A stretch of DNA of 62,877 bases, filler included, from Basidiobolus ranarum (Eukaryota): the NCBI GenBank assembly GCA_040143965.1. It is 28 parts of 28 records of this genome, joined end to end, with 100 filler letters (N's around TTAATTAATTAA, not from the genome) between each part and the next. Parts side by side here need not be neighbours in the genome. Positions count along the whole stretch, not along the records: positions 11,287 to 13,441 come from JASJQH010010580.1; positions 13,542 to 15,696 come from JASJQH010010581.1; positions 15,797 to 17,950 come from JASJQH010010582.1; positions 18,051 to 20,203 come from JASJQH010010583.1; positions 20,304 to 22,456 come from JASJQH010010584.1; positions 22,557 to 24,707 come from JASJQH010010585.1; positions 24,808 to 26,957 come from JASJQH010010586.1; 21 more parts are not named here. One strand, written 5' to 3'. Positions 13,273-25,231 of this stretch are shown one piece after another. Below the pieces are notes generated by a model. It did no database searches. It was not told the origin of the DNA and saw nothing but the letters and a program-made list of their open reading frames with translations. Both the position numbers and the translations under genes were made by a program. Position 1 is the first letter of the stretch. Every line of letters starts with the position of its first letter.

Positions 13273-13541
13273 CGGCAAATAGATGTGTCATTACTTGAAT
13301 AGATTTTATTAATACTACATACCTCAATCTATCTCACCAAGATGTCTGTCTTGCAGCTTTCCTTGAAATACCATCAGATTATTGCACAAACAAATAGTGC
13401 AACTTATAGAGGTACTTACTCTACATACAGAGAGTGGGTTTNNNNNNNNNNNNNNNNNNNNNNNNNNNNNNNNNNNNNNNNNNNNTTAATTAATTAANNN
13501 NNNNNNNNNNNNNNNNNNNNNNNNNNNNNNNNNNNNNNNNN

Positions 13542-14242
13542 CACGTTTCAACATTTGTAAAAGCCAGGTTCATTCCAATGATGGTGTTGATAATCGTAGA
13601 TTTGCCACTGTTCACTTCTCCAACCACACTAACCGTAAACTCTGAGTGTTCGAGCTGCTCAATGTAGTCGTTTATAGCACCCAAGTCACTCCCGAGGTCA
13701 GTAGACCTTATGGTTTTGCGCACATTGGAGATCGCACTGATTAGCTCCTCGGTTTCGTACTGGTTGATTCCTTTTCTATCAATTTTAATGTTGGCCAATG
13801 ACACAGGATCAATGCCTCTTTCAAGACAGTAGCTCACGTAGTCTTCAATATCTCTCCCATTATTGAACATGTACATTTCATCTTTATGTAAGAAAAATTC
13901 GTTTAATTTGTTGTCCTTAAATACGTCGTAGAGTGTGGGGTTCTTAGAATAGAATTCCTGGACGTGGTTGACAAGGTTAACTTCTCTGGAGGGATTTTCA
14001 TTGGCTAGCATGGCCAACTTGCGGAGAGCCAAGGAATTATTGAGTTGACCTTTGCTAACCTCTTCTTTGAGTATCATAGTTCTCCTCTTCAGGTCATTAT
14101 CAATTGCTCTTTCACTGCACTCCAGCAACAACTGGGAGATCTGTTTGCTTTGATTGTTCGCTTCATTTTGATCGAACGCCATTCTCCTATTTGGGTACTT
14201 GAGAGGATCAGGTTTTGTGGAATAACGAAACTCAGTTCCCAT
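13542..14242 (-). CDS. Dynamin-like P-loop GTPase (bacterial BDLP/CrfC-like), N-terminal part, cut by contig edge
   Basis: Open from ATG for about 233 codons, ending EFTVSVVGEVNSGKSTIINTIIGMNLAF (Dynamin_N-type G1). TATA-like GTATATAAG at about 14261-14269 on the minus strand. Confidence 0.75.
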
Positions 14243-15270
14243 CAGACTTAATGATTGATGCTTATATACTCTACATTTCCAGATTGAGTCAACTCAAATC
14301 TCCTACTGACTACCAATCAATGATGTTCAATAGATATTTGTGTCCAAGTCAAAAGTAGCCCAATACACAACCTAGCTATATTCAAGTAAAGAGTACGGTA
14401 ACCAGATTGACCTAGAATAGTAAGTCGGCAAGGTTGAGCCGAAGAGGAAGTTTAAGTCAATCAAGACAGGTTCGGAAATACTTTTTGGGGTGACTGAGAA
14501 ACCTGCTGGTGAGCTAAATACTTGAATTCAAGGTGGTTTGGAGGCTTCCGTAACACTTTCTATACAATCAGGATTGATTTCTTGCTTGCTAATATTCCAA
14601 ATTTCCAGCATATCAACATCTCAAGCGGCGTAACTTAGTACTTCCATTGTCAATGACATAGTGAATTTAGCTACCGAATTCTTCGGACGCTAATACCTCG
14701 ATCTCAAGGGTTCATGGCTAAAGAAAACTCCAGTCTTTTACTGATACATTCCGCCTATGTTGCCATCGATTCAACAGTTGAGGTACTCTTATCCGATGCT
14801 TACAATATTACACTTTTGAGGATTCATTAAAATTCAACAAGACACACTGCGATCAAAATTTAAGGACGAGTTCCTCAAAACACAAAAGTCACACCCTATT
14901 GTACCACTTTATTTCTCTCAAAACCACGTCCAACTGGCTGCAGCTAATATCATATGAATATCTTTTGAAGTAACATCCGTTAAAAGACTATGATCGATGT
15001 ATGGGATAATTGGAACCGTTAAGAGTAACAAATTAAGTAATAGCTAGCCTACATCTGGGTAGGAAGTTGCTAGTACATGAGGAGACTCCTGAACGAATTC
15101 TATTACCAAGGAATATACATTCTTTTCACTGTACATGCGAGTTAGCGTGACATTGGTTTTTCTGCAGTGGACTCCGGGAGACATTCGTATATCAATGCCA
15201 GGTAATGTCAGTAATACTGATCTCTCACTGTTTCAAAGACAATACTCTGTAACAATGAGGTGCCTGATTC

Positions 15271-15696
15271 TCAACTCTTTAGAAATATACTCCTAATTTG
15301 CTCCAAAATTTGGTTACAAGCATTGAGCTTGAGATCATTCAAGATTCTCAGTTTCAGGCCGTTCACAGCTTCCGCTTTATCGTTCTGGAATCTGTGAATG
15401 TTAGTATCAATGCCATTTAGGATGTCTTTGATTCCTCTTTCCACGTAACTGGTGAAATCCACAATATGGTGGGAAATGTGCCAGTGGATGGTGTCATCGA
15501 ACTTGATCATCAGATCGGTAATAATCTCATCCACACTGCACTTGAAATCTTTCTTCTTGATGCATAGCCTGTCTCTACTTTCTCTTAGTTTGGGCCCGAA
15601 TAGGCGCGATATGAATGGTCGCTTTACTTGGACTTTGTATGTAGCTATGTTGGTGTTCCGCATCACACTCTCTGTGTCAAAGATGTAGTCATGTAT
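15271..15696 (-). CDS. C-terminal helical region of an upstream gene, probably a dynamin-like paralog
   Basis: 142 open codons from the contig edge to the stop. Amphipathic helical pattern, normal CpG, same strand as the GTPase. Confidence 0.55.
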   Translation of the reverse strand: MHDYIFDTESVMRNTNIATYKVQVKRPFISRLFGPKLRESRDRLCIKKKDFKCSVDEIITDLMIKFDDTIHWHISHHIVDFTSYVERGIKDILNGIDTNIHRFQNDKAEAVNGLKLRILNDLKLNACNQILEQIRSIFLKS

Positions 15697-15797
15697 NNNN
15701 NNNNNNNNNNNNNNNNNNNNNNNNNNNNNNNNNNNNNNNNTTAATTAATTAANNNNNNNNNNNNNNNNNNNNNNNNNNNNNNNNNNNNNNNNNNNNT

Positions 15798-16220
15798 TCT
15801 CCGTTGTTTGGCATCGATATACCTGCTGGCACCGTCAAGCTCTATGGAAAAGGTAACACTCCATTACATGTAACCAGTTGGAGAGATGTTGCTCGCTTTG
15901 TTGCAGCTACCATTGATGACCCACAAAGTGAAAACAGAACCTATCATATTGCTGGGGATAGTGCAACCATGAACCAAATAGTCGATTTGATAAAGAAAGT
16001 AACCAAGGCTCCACTTACCGTGACCTACGTGGAGAGATCAGACCTAAAGCATCTTGAAGATATGGAAAGCAGTGAGTTTATTCACGAACATCTTGGCATC
16101 GAAGTGGAGAATGGTCAATTTCAATTTGCAGCTTTAGATAACAGCAAGTATCCTGACTTCAAACTCAGTACACTCGGTGAATTCTTAGTCGCAAATTTTT
16201 CACCAACTGACCACATCTAA
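15798..16220 (+). CDS. NmrA/isoflavone-reductase-like NAD(P)-binding protein, C-terminal part
   Basis: GTVKLYGKGNTPLHVTSWRDVARFVA...ENRTYHIAGDSATMNQIV is typical of NmrA-like SDRs. Confidence 0.8.
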   Translation, partial: SPLFGIDIPAGTVKLYGKGNTPLHVTSWRDVARFVAATIDDPQSENRTYHIAGDSATMNQIVDLIKKVTKAPLTVTYVERSDLKHLEDMESSEFIHEHLGIEVENGQFQFAALDNSKYPDFKLSTLGEFLVANFSPTDHI

Positions 16221-18050
16221 CAATATATTTGCACTTTCCTACCTCATTTCAATAAATAATAGTACTCTTCTTAGTTCACTGGTCTTCCTAATTAGTTAAA
16301 GCCTGTTATTGTGTATTAGCCGTATGCTATCCTTCAACTTACGTACACCATTCAAAGTGAGCGATATATATTTTCTGTTTTCAAGTTTGCCTTCTTATAG
16401 AGGTGAAAGTCTATAGAAAGCCACAGTTACTTGAACCTGTGATGACTTCCTTAACCTCAGATTTATAAATAACCACAAGAAATGAATATATCACTACTAT
16501 TAATAGGACTGAGTAAGTCAAACGTTTGAAGTTGTTCAAGCGAGTTGAAAATTTTTGTACGTAATCGAAGAGACTATCAATTCTAAACAAGTCCTGAACT
16601 CCGCGGAAAGAATATCTCCTTCAAGAGGAGAAAAGCATTACTACTACTCTTACCTGAGGTGTTGTGTATAAGAATGTACTTTACGGTTAGTTTAATCCAG
16701 TTGATTTTCAATGTGTAGAATCTTAAATACGTAATTGCCTCCGATAGGATATGAACGTAACAATCGTTTTCAGAAGATATCCAACGTCTCTAACAGGATA
16801 TTAAGTAAAATTGAAACAATGCTTTTGAACTAGTAACAGTAGAGTCCGAAGTTGTCGTTTCGTCCATAGTTTGTATACATTTTCACATCTGTGGGTGGAT
16901 GAAAATTATAATATTGATTATTATTATAGTATAAATAGCTAGTATCATTTGTACCATAATTATTCTGGCTACCATACTGTGAATCGATCAAGTTGTCGGG
17001 TTAATGAGACCTTACCGTCTCACTGTATATGCTACCGAATTTAGACAGCTCGCAATGGATTCTAGGTCAGGCTGAACGGATATTGGTTTAGACAAAATTC
17101 CCAATTACACTAAAGTTGTTACGAAATTGGATTAGCAAGCACAAAGTGATAACTTCTTCAGTGATAATATAATAATCCACTCAACGTGACATTTTACACA
17201 TGCATAGCTTATGAGCGAAACTCAACCTTCACCAGGTGTTGTGCCCTTATACTTCCTATACAGCCCGTAATAACCACAGTTGTTACAAGATGGCGTAAAT
17301 TACCTAACCTAGCCGGAGAAACATTACCAACTTTTAGGTAGACAATTGATTACTATCATTCTATCCTAGGAACAAATTTCGAAGCGAATCAACATCGAAA
17401 ACAAAAGTCTCAGGACTTCGGAAATGGGCCATCATTCTTATACAGAAGTCGCGAATTTGTGATATTCCCAAATCAGGCAGGAATGTAACTTCCATTTCCC
17501 ATGATCACCCCTGCACAAATAGCGTAATCGAAATAAAGTTAGTCGATTTATCAGTGAATTCAGTTCCAAATTACACTGAGCTCAAGATTCCAGTATTATC
17601 ATAAAAAACGAAATAACAACGAAAATACAAAATAGCGCACTAACAAGGATGAATCTGAGAACACAACTTCTCGGAAACATAATTAGCCATATATATTAGC
17701 GAGCTAACATAGGATTAAATTGAAGTTCTGAAGCTGTGGTTTACTAAATATCTTACGCTTCCAAAGTGTATATTCTCCATACATTCTGCTAAACCTCCAC
17801 TGCCACCCTATCGGTGACCAACATCCATTCCAATAATACTATTGAGGCTGGTTCCTGAGGTGAGTGCAATTTCGGGACTTGATTCACTGATAAATTGACT
17901 GATTAATTTTATTTCGATGGTGCTATTTTTATAGGGTTGATCGGGGGAAANNNNNNNNNNNNNNNNNNNNNNNNNNNNNNNNNNNNNNNNNNNNTTAATT
18001 AATTAANNNNNNNNNNNNNNNNNNNNNNNNNNNNNNNNNNNNNNNNNNNN

Positions 18051-18119
18051 TTCTGATGGTTTTGCTATTTCAGAGGGTGGATCTGATCCGGATCAAATTG
18101 ATTTTATTTTTGTTAGGGG
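18051..18119 (+). mobile_element. CACTA-like element right terminus (TIR)
   Basis: Ends TTATTTTTGTTAGGGG, as at 41435. Confidence 0.8.
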
Positions 18120-19082
18120 CAAGGTCTGCTGCCAACATGTTGTTTCTAAGAAGACAATTCTCTAACTCAAAGATGAAGCCAGGAGAAGACATTTAATCAC
18201 TAATTAATCAAGTCACTATTTTTGCTGATGAAATTGAATATATTGGAGTACCTGCCTCTTATCAAGATGTCATAGTTAAAGTCCTGAATAGCCTGCTACT
18301 TGGGCTCCAGATCCTAGTAATGGCTCTAAAATCAAGAACTTGATATTTGACCTTAAATTATGTATTAGGCAACTTCTGGATGAAGATTTATGCAAATCAT
18401 GCCTCAACCAACAGATTAAAGAAAATGCTTTAATAGACCATGGGAAACCTTCCAACATAGGTCAAAAGAACATTTAGAAGAAAAGTCACATATTCTGTGA
18501 TTACTGTAAAAGAGCTGGCCATTTAAGCAAAGATTGCTTCAAAAGAATTGAAAAAGAAGAAAAACATACTGAATCTGGGAATGTGGTTATAACAGAAGTT
18601 CACTTGATAATATCTGCTCTATCTATGACTATCAATAAGGATTCTCAGACATGGTATTTTGATTCTGGAGCTTCCCAAAAAAAGGAATCATTTAGCTTTG
18701 GGAGAAATGGATCAAAACTTATACAAACTTACACTTATTGCAAAAGGTTTATATGTAAATATAAGTTATTCCAATCATGAAACTATACAATTATGGCTTA
18801 AGAGACTTGGCCACATTGGATCTGATTTTTTGAGCAAACTGATTAAAAATTGCCTAATTTCTGGAAATCAAACTAACCCCCCTACCAAAATGGAAATTTG
18901 TAAGGGTTGTATACATGGAATACAAGCCAGGCAACTGTTCAAGAGCTCTGGTTTCATTAAATCTATCAAAAAATTTGATCTAATTCATTCAGATATTTGT
19001 GGACCTATGCAAATTTCATCTTTAGGCAAAACAGATATTTAATCACATTTATTGATGATCATACAAGATACATTTGGGTTAA
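18120..19082 (+). mobile_element. Degenerate copia gag, zinc knuckle, protease and integrase start
   Basis: CDYCKRAGHLSKDC, WYFDSGASQ, WLKRLGHIG, CKGCIHG, LIHSDICGPM and ITFIDDHTRY motifs. Confidence 0.85.
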
Positions 19083-20203
19083 CTTTATATTGACAAACAA
19101 CTCCCAATGTTGCCAATACTTTTCAGGCAGAAATCCTTTCAAAATTCCATTTGAATATACACAACTCCAATACTTCCAGTCTTTGCATTTGAATAAATGC
19201 CTAGATGAATGGAAAATGATGGGAGTCCTGGTAAAATATGATGGTATCTTGACATTTTCAAACGTTTTCTCAATCAATTTAAACTTTGATCCTATCTCAA
19301 ATGGCTCATTCATATTGAATTTTCAACTATATAGCTGAGTAAGTAGTATTGGAATGTTCTTGAATAGTAAGTGCATGGTGCTTAATGGGAAGCTCTGGCT
19401 CCAGCTGATCCCCTTTAGCAATATAATCTTAGGCTTACAACTAATACCAAGTTTGATGTTAGACAGACTATGTGGTGAATTGATAGCAGTGATGATGTTG
19501 AAATCTGACTGGCCTCTTGATGGTAAAATCAGGAAGTTTAGTGTTGTATTTGGATAGTAGTAATGCATATGCCTGTTAGAGTAAACTTCATTGATTTGAC
19601 AAAATCTATAGCAAGATAGTGCATTGTGCCCATAAAACCTCCAAGTTTACTGATGGCAGGAGTGTCACCAATACAAACAATGATATTAGCTTTAATAAAA
19701 TATTCACCCATCTGAACTCCATTAGATAATGGTTCAAATTCCATAATCAAAGGATCCAAGAAGCCATCTATAAGCACTGGTGATTTAGGTCCAGATATGA
19801 TGGATAGTATCAAAATATTATGACTCTTATACTGTTCAGAAGGAGGAAGATTTAAGTTGATTAAAATTATTGGCCAGCAAGCCTTTCCAATGGTATATTT
19901 GTTTAGTGAGAAACCATCCAGAGCCAATGCAAATGCATGATCATATGTGTTCTCAAAGAAACCTTGACTTTTCAGATTCTGGTAGTGATATCCATCAAGT
20001 ATATTGGTAATACCATCAGCTTTATGGTGAGTACTTTGGTATTGGATCAATGATCTATATTTGGGTGATTTCATCAAAACTTTAAGATGGGGAATCAATG
20101 GTATGTAAGCCAAATATGAGCAATATTTACCTGATTCAGTGATTGCCAATTGTGTGCAAACAGTACATGACTTCAGGTTTTTCAGATCACTGGTGAAAGC
20201 CAA
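19083..20203 (-). mobile_element. CACTA/EnSpm (Tnp2, Transposase_21) transposase, degenerate
   Basis: LALDGF...CWPIILINLNLPPSEQYKSHNILILSIISGPKSP..IDGFLDPLI...CIGDTPAISKL, then KCKDWKYWSCVYS..LPEKYWQHWELFV. Confidence 0.88.
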
Positions 20204-20303
20204 NNNNNNNNNNNNNNNNNNNNNNNNNNNNNNNNNNNNNNNNNNNNTTAATTAATTAANNNNNNNNNNNNNNNNNNNNNNNNNNNNNNNNNNNNNNNNN
20301 NNN

Positions 20304-20921
20304 GGGGTTCATAGCAACACCACGAGTCTTAGGCCAGCAGTTACGCTTAACTCTGTATTTATGGTAGGCACGACCAGCCTTAAGAAGGGGCTTGTCAATA
20401 CGACCACCACCAGCAACGATACCAATGGTAGCACGGCAAGTGGATTGAATGATCTTCTTGGAACCAGATGGGAGCTTAACTCTGGTCTTGCCATCATCGT
20501 GGTTATGAGAGATGATGGTGGCGTAGTTACCAGAAGCACGAGCAATGGCACCACGATCACCAACGGTTTCTTCAATGTTACAGATGATAGTACCCTCGGG
20601 CATAGCGGAAAGAGGGAGGACATTACCAACGGTCAAAGCAGCCTTCTTACCGCAGTAAACGAATTGTCCAGTGTACATACCCTCAGTAGCAATGAAGGTT
20701 TGGGTGTGGGTCTTGTATCTGTAAGGATCACGGAATTGGACCTTAGCGAGAGGAGCACCACGTCCAGGATCGTGGATGATTTCCTTGACGCTACCACGGA
20801 TGTAACCATTACGTTCAGCAAAATCAAGAGGACGAAGTTGAGCAGCACCCTTTCTAAGGCGGGTATGGGACTTGAAGATTCCTCCAGGACCCTTTCTCTG
20901 AGCACGAATGACGCGACCCAT
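20304..20921 (-). CDS. RPL2: 60S ribosomal protein uL2 (L2/L8), 3'-truncated
   Basis: [11 protein letters not shown]...[10 protein letters not shown]...[13 protein letters not shown]...[11 protein letters not shown], with strong codon bias. Confidence 0.98.
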
Positions 20922-20928
20922 ATTTTAT

Positions 20929-21039
20929 CTAAACATCAGAACTAGGTTACTAACAGATTCAAGCAAGAAACGTATTAAATGACGTCTCTGGAACATCCAT
21001 CCGATGGATGAACTACGGAGCGAATTGATTGATACGTAC
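20929..21039 (-). other. Predicted 5'-UTR intron of RPL2 (111 nt)
   Basis: Minus-strand AAG|GTACGT donor; TTTAG acceptor 7 nt before the ATG. Confidence 0.65.
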
Positions 21040-21065
21040 CTTACAGAGGTCAAATGCGTTGAATT

Positions 21066-21125
21066 GGAGGGAAAGAAAGAGTCCCAAATTGAAAGCCGCT
21101 ACTTATTTTGATGATTGAAAATTTT
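21066..21125 (-). promoter_or_regulatory. RPL2 polypyrimidine (TCT/TOP-like) initiator and an RRPE-like A/T motif
   Basis: Minus-strand CTCTTTCTTTCCCTCC at 21081-21066; plus-strand TGAAAATTTT at 21116-21125. Confidence 0.35.
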
Positions 21126-21526
21126 ACGATCAATTTTCCTAGATTATGAAATTTCGGTCCCGGGTCATTAGGTCAAAATTTGGGTTTTTTTGTGGTTTAC
21201 ATATCCAAGATATTCGAAGTGAATTTTTTAGGTGGATATTTTTTTCCGTCCTTTCATTGGAGCAATAATTTTGTAAAATCTGATATACAGCAAGATTCAA
21301 CTTAACCAAGTTGTATTAATTTGTAGGTAATATGCGGGTACAATTTAATACTTAAATCAAATGTGTCAAAATCCACCCTTTTATCTGATTTGAGCATTTC
21401 TTTTGATTTAACAATACTTGACAGTAAATGAATTTTGTTTAATTTAGATTATTTATTTATATTTTACAATGTAAGTGAAAACTTCAGAACGAAAAGCGAG
21501 TGCGTGAATTTTGCAACAAAATTGAT

Positions 21527-22456
21527 TTATAATTTGGGGCCGGCAGCGAGGATTTCAGGTGTGGCTTGGTCAGCATACAACTGGAAGTTCTCGTTGAATA
21601 AACCAGCGAGTTTCTCCACTGTGGCTACATATGACTCCTTAGTGCCATTCCAGGAGACTGAAGGGTTCAATACCTCATTAGGAACATTGCTGACTCCCTT
21701 AGGGATCTCAATGTTAAAGATGGGGTAGTTCTCGAACTCGGCTTGGGCAAGCTCACCATTATGGATGGCGTCAATAATAGCACGAGAGTACTTCAATGAG
21801 ATACGAGATCCAACACCATAAGCACCTCCGTTCCATCCGGTGTTGACCAACCAGACATTGGTGTTGTGTTCCTTCATCTTCTCAGCAAGCATGGAAGCAT
21901 ACTTGACTGGATGCCAGACAAGGAAAGGTTGACCGAAACAGGCGGAGAAGGTGGCTTGGGGTTCAGTGACACCTTCTTCAGTTCCAGCAATCTTGGCAGT
22001 GTAGCCAGAGATGAAGTGGTACATAGCTTGAGCAGAGGTCAACTTGGCTACTGGTGGCAATACACCGAAGGCATCACAAGTCAAGAGAACAATGTTCTTG
22101 GGGTGACCACCGACACAAGGGATCTTGGCGTTGGGAATGTACTCAATGGGGTAAGCACAGCGAGTGTTCTCAGTTAATGAAGAGTCGGTGTAGTCAACAA
22201 CTCTGTTCTCTTGATCAAACACAACATTCTCCAACACTGATCCGAAACGGATGGCATTGAAGATCTCGGGCTCTTTCTCAGCAGAAAGATCGATGCACTT
22301 GGCGTAACAACCACCTTCAATGTTGAACACTCCGTTGTCAGTCCAACAGTGCTCATCATCACCGATCAAGTAGCGACTGGGATCAGCAGACAAGGTAGTC
22401 TTACCAGTACCGGAGAGACCAAAGAACAAGGAAACATCACCATCAGGTCCTTCGTT
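21527..22456 (-). CDS. PCK1: Phosphoenolpyruvate carboxykinase (ATP), 5'-truncated
   Basis: [34 protein letters not shown] and FSACFGQPF motifs. Confidence 0.97.
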   Translation of the reverse strand, partial: NEGPDGDVSLFFGLSGTGKTTLSADPSRYLIGDDEHCWTDNGVFNIEGGCYAKCIDLSAEKEPEIFNAIRFGSVLENVVFDQENRVVDYTDSSLTENTRCAYPIEYIPNAKIPCVGGHPKNIVLLTCDAFGVLPPVAKLTSAQAMYHFISGYTAKIAGTEEGVTEPQATFSACFGQPFLVWHPVKYASMLAEKMKEHNTNVWLVNTGWNGGAYGVGSRISLKYSRAIIDAIHNGELAQAEFENYPIFNIEIPKGVSNVPNEVLNPSVSWNGTKESYVATVEKLAGLFNENFQLYADQATPEILAAGPKL

Positions 22457-22556
22457 NNNNNNNNNNNNNNNNNNNNNNNNNNNNNNNNNNNNNNNNNNNN
22501 TTAATTAATTAANNNNNNNNNNNNNNNNNNNNNNNNNNNNNNNNNNNNNNNNNNNN

Positions 22557-23712
22557 AAGGACATGTGTAAGTTTCAAAAATCACTTGATGGACTTGAACA
22601 ATCACCCAGGGCCTGGTACACTAAGATAGACACATACTCAGAATCACTTGATTTCCAAAAGAGTACTGCGGATTTTGAGATCTGCTTTAAGACAGATGAG
22701 GACAGTAAGGGGATACTTGCCTTATATGTGGATGATCTGATTATAGCTACCAATGATGATGAAGCTCTCAGGAACACCAAAAGATATCTATCAGTCCAAT
22801 TCAAGATGACTGATTTAGGTGAACTTGCCTATTTTATAGGCCTGCAGATCCATATAGATATATTGAGCAAAATCTATTACTCTGAATCAATCTAAATACA
22901 TCTCAGATATTCTCAGACATTACACCATGAAGAATTGCAAGCCAGTAGCAACTCCCATGGATCCAGGTGTGAAACAAGTCATAAATCCCATCAAAAATGA
23001 TGAAAATTGGTCAAGTATGGCTCAAAATATGTCATTTGAAAGCCCTGAGTTCCCTTATCAATCAATGGTAGTTAGTTTGATCTATGATGAGACTGGAACC
23101 CAAGTTGTATTTCTTTAGCTAAAAATCCCAAATTTTATGCTAGAAGTAAGCACATTGACATTCAACATCACTTTGTTAGAGAAGCTATTGAGAATAAGCA
23201 CATCCAACTACAGAACTGTCCAACTGAGGCCATGCTTGCTGACATCCTTACCAAACCATTACCCAAGCCAAAATTTGAAGAATTAAAATTTAAGTTAGGA
23301 TTAAGATATATGAATATTTAGTTGAGCGGGAGTGTTGAAGTTTATTGTCTTTATCATATTTGTTATCTCTATCTTTATACATCTAACTATTTCATATATC
23401 ACATATAATCTAGTTAACAATACTTAGTCAAATATCACTTAACTGAAAATTGGAACATATATTTTATATATATATGTGAATCATGTGAGAATTAGCACTT
23501 CCATATTGGCGATTTCAAACTTGTCCAAATTACCCCAAAGATAGCTCATTTTACTCCTGCTGATGTTCTGAACACAACCCCAGTGTTAGTTTTCTGTATT
23601 TCCACCAAAATGTATAAATGCTTTATTTCTAGACAATAAATAATTATCTTACAAAGCTAATCACAACTCCACTCTTCTAAAGTTCCTCCAAACAGCCCAT
23701 ATTTTCCCAAAA
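22557..23712 (+). mobile_element. Copia family D degenerate RT/RNase H, PPT and 3' LTR (23333-23712)
   Basis: LEQSPRAWY, LYVDDLII, KHIDIQHHFVRE and LADILTKPL motifs. PPT TAGTTGAGCGGGAG precedes TGTTGAAG. Confidence 0.88.
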
Positions 23713-24707
23713 AGAATCAATGACATCTTCATAAAACATTGTTTCGCTGGTATCAAAGCTGATCCCTGCATATTCTTCAAGACTATGAAAGCCATCAAAG
23801 TAATAATTGCTCTCTATGTTGATGAGATTATAATAGTTAGTAATTGCCTAAATCTGATGAAACAAACAAAGACCTGGCTATCTATCAAGTTTGAAATGCA
23901 ACATCTTGGATCACTAGATTATCTTCTTATAATGCAGATTTGTCTAAATTCCACTTTTGGAGCACTCTGTATTATACAAGAAAATTATATTGGATATGTT
24001 TTTAGCAGATTCAATATGTCAGAATGTAAAGCAGCTTCAAATCCACTATGTATGCTGAAACTCACTGAGGAAATGGAACCAAATACCTCGGAAGATATTG
24101 AAATCCTGAAACATATTCCTTACTGCAGTGCAGTTGGAAGTCTCATTAATGCAGCAACTGGTACTGGGCCTGATATTGCTACAGCAGTAAGCATAGTAAG
24201 AAAAAATATGGAGAATCCTGCAATGGAACATTGGATAGCTGTGAAACAGATAATATGCTATCTCAAAGTAATTATACATCATGGAATGTAATTTAGTAAG
24301 CATTACAACCTGTCACTTTTTTGGAATGATATGCTGATGCCAACTGGGCTAACAATACAGAAGACCATAAGTCCAGAACTGGATATGTGCTTAAGCTAGC
24401 AGGTGGGCCAATAAGCTGGATTAGGAAGAAACAACAAACTGTCACATTATCAACTACAGAAGCAGAATATATGGCAATCTTTATGGCAATCTTTATGGCT
24501 ATTCAAGAAACTAAATGGCTAAGGAGTCTTCTCAAGGAACTAGGATGTGATCAAGTTAATTCTACCCCAATATATCAAGATAATACTAGTTGTATTCAGA
24601 TCACCAAAAATTCTGAGCATCATGCAAGGATGAATTATATTGACATAAGACATCATTTTATACAATAGAAAGTTCAAGACAAAAAAGTGAACTTTATTTA
24701 TTGTACT
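23713..24707 (+). mobile_element. Degenerate copia RT/RNase H (family C)
   Basis: LYVDEIII, PYCSAVGSL, GGPISW..KKQ.TV.LSTTEAEY and IDIRHHFIQ. The tail matches the reverse complement of 40280-40444. Confidence 0.88.
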
Positions 24708-24807
24708 NNNNNNNNNNNNNNNNNNNNNNNNNNNNNNNNNNNNNNNNNNNNTTAATTAATTAANNNNNNNNNNNNNNNNNNNNNNNNNNNNNNNNNNNNN
24801 NNNNNNN

Positions 24808-25231
24808 ATTTTTCAGAAGAGAGAAAAGTTCCATAAATTTGAGAAGTAGACATTACAGAGAGTGCAAGCTTGGGGCTCATAACCTGTTAAAGTACTTGGG
24901 AGCCTGTTGGAAGTGATTTGGAGAAATAGAGTAATTGGTGGTTTTCACATGTTAATTTATTGAGTATTCAGTTGACATTTATAGTTTTGTCAAGATGTAA
25001 ACAAACTAACATGTAGAATATGTTAAGGAAGGTCCCAGGAGCATGTGTGCTACGTTTGGGGCTCTAGCACAAGTTTGAAAAATCTATATTTCTGAGAACT
25101 TCTAAGTTGGTATCAATATTCTAAGTAAATTCCAATTGAGAATAATTGAAAATATCATAGTGATTTATAAGATAACTAAGTACTAAGCTATATATAACTA
25201 TATAGGTGTTTAGGCAATGCTAATTTCAACA
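24808..25231 (-). mobile_element. Copia family A 5' LTR (24885-25231), PBS (24872-24884) and gag start
   Basis: The reverse complement reads ...TACTTTAACA GGTTATGAGCCCC AAGCTTGCAC. Confidence 0.9.

Noticed and set aside
16221-17950. tRNA or ncRNA in the long unique intergenic stretch
   Set aside because: No cloverleaf or snRNA/snoRNA motifs were recognised by eye; an Infernal/tRNAscan run is needed to exclude them.
20361-20945. Long antisense or alternative-frame ORFs over RPL2, PCK1, ADH and PDC (e.g. 20361+, 21866+, 51222-)
   Set aside because: These are shadow ORFs caused by codon bias of the real genes.
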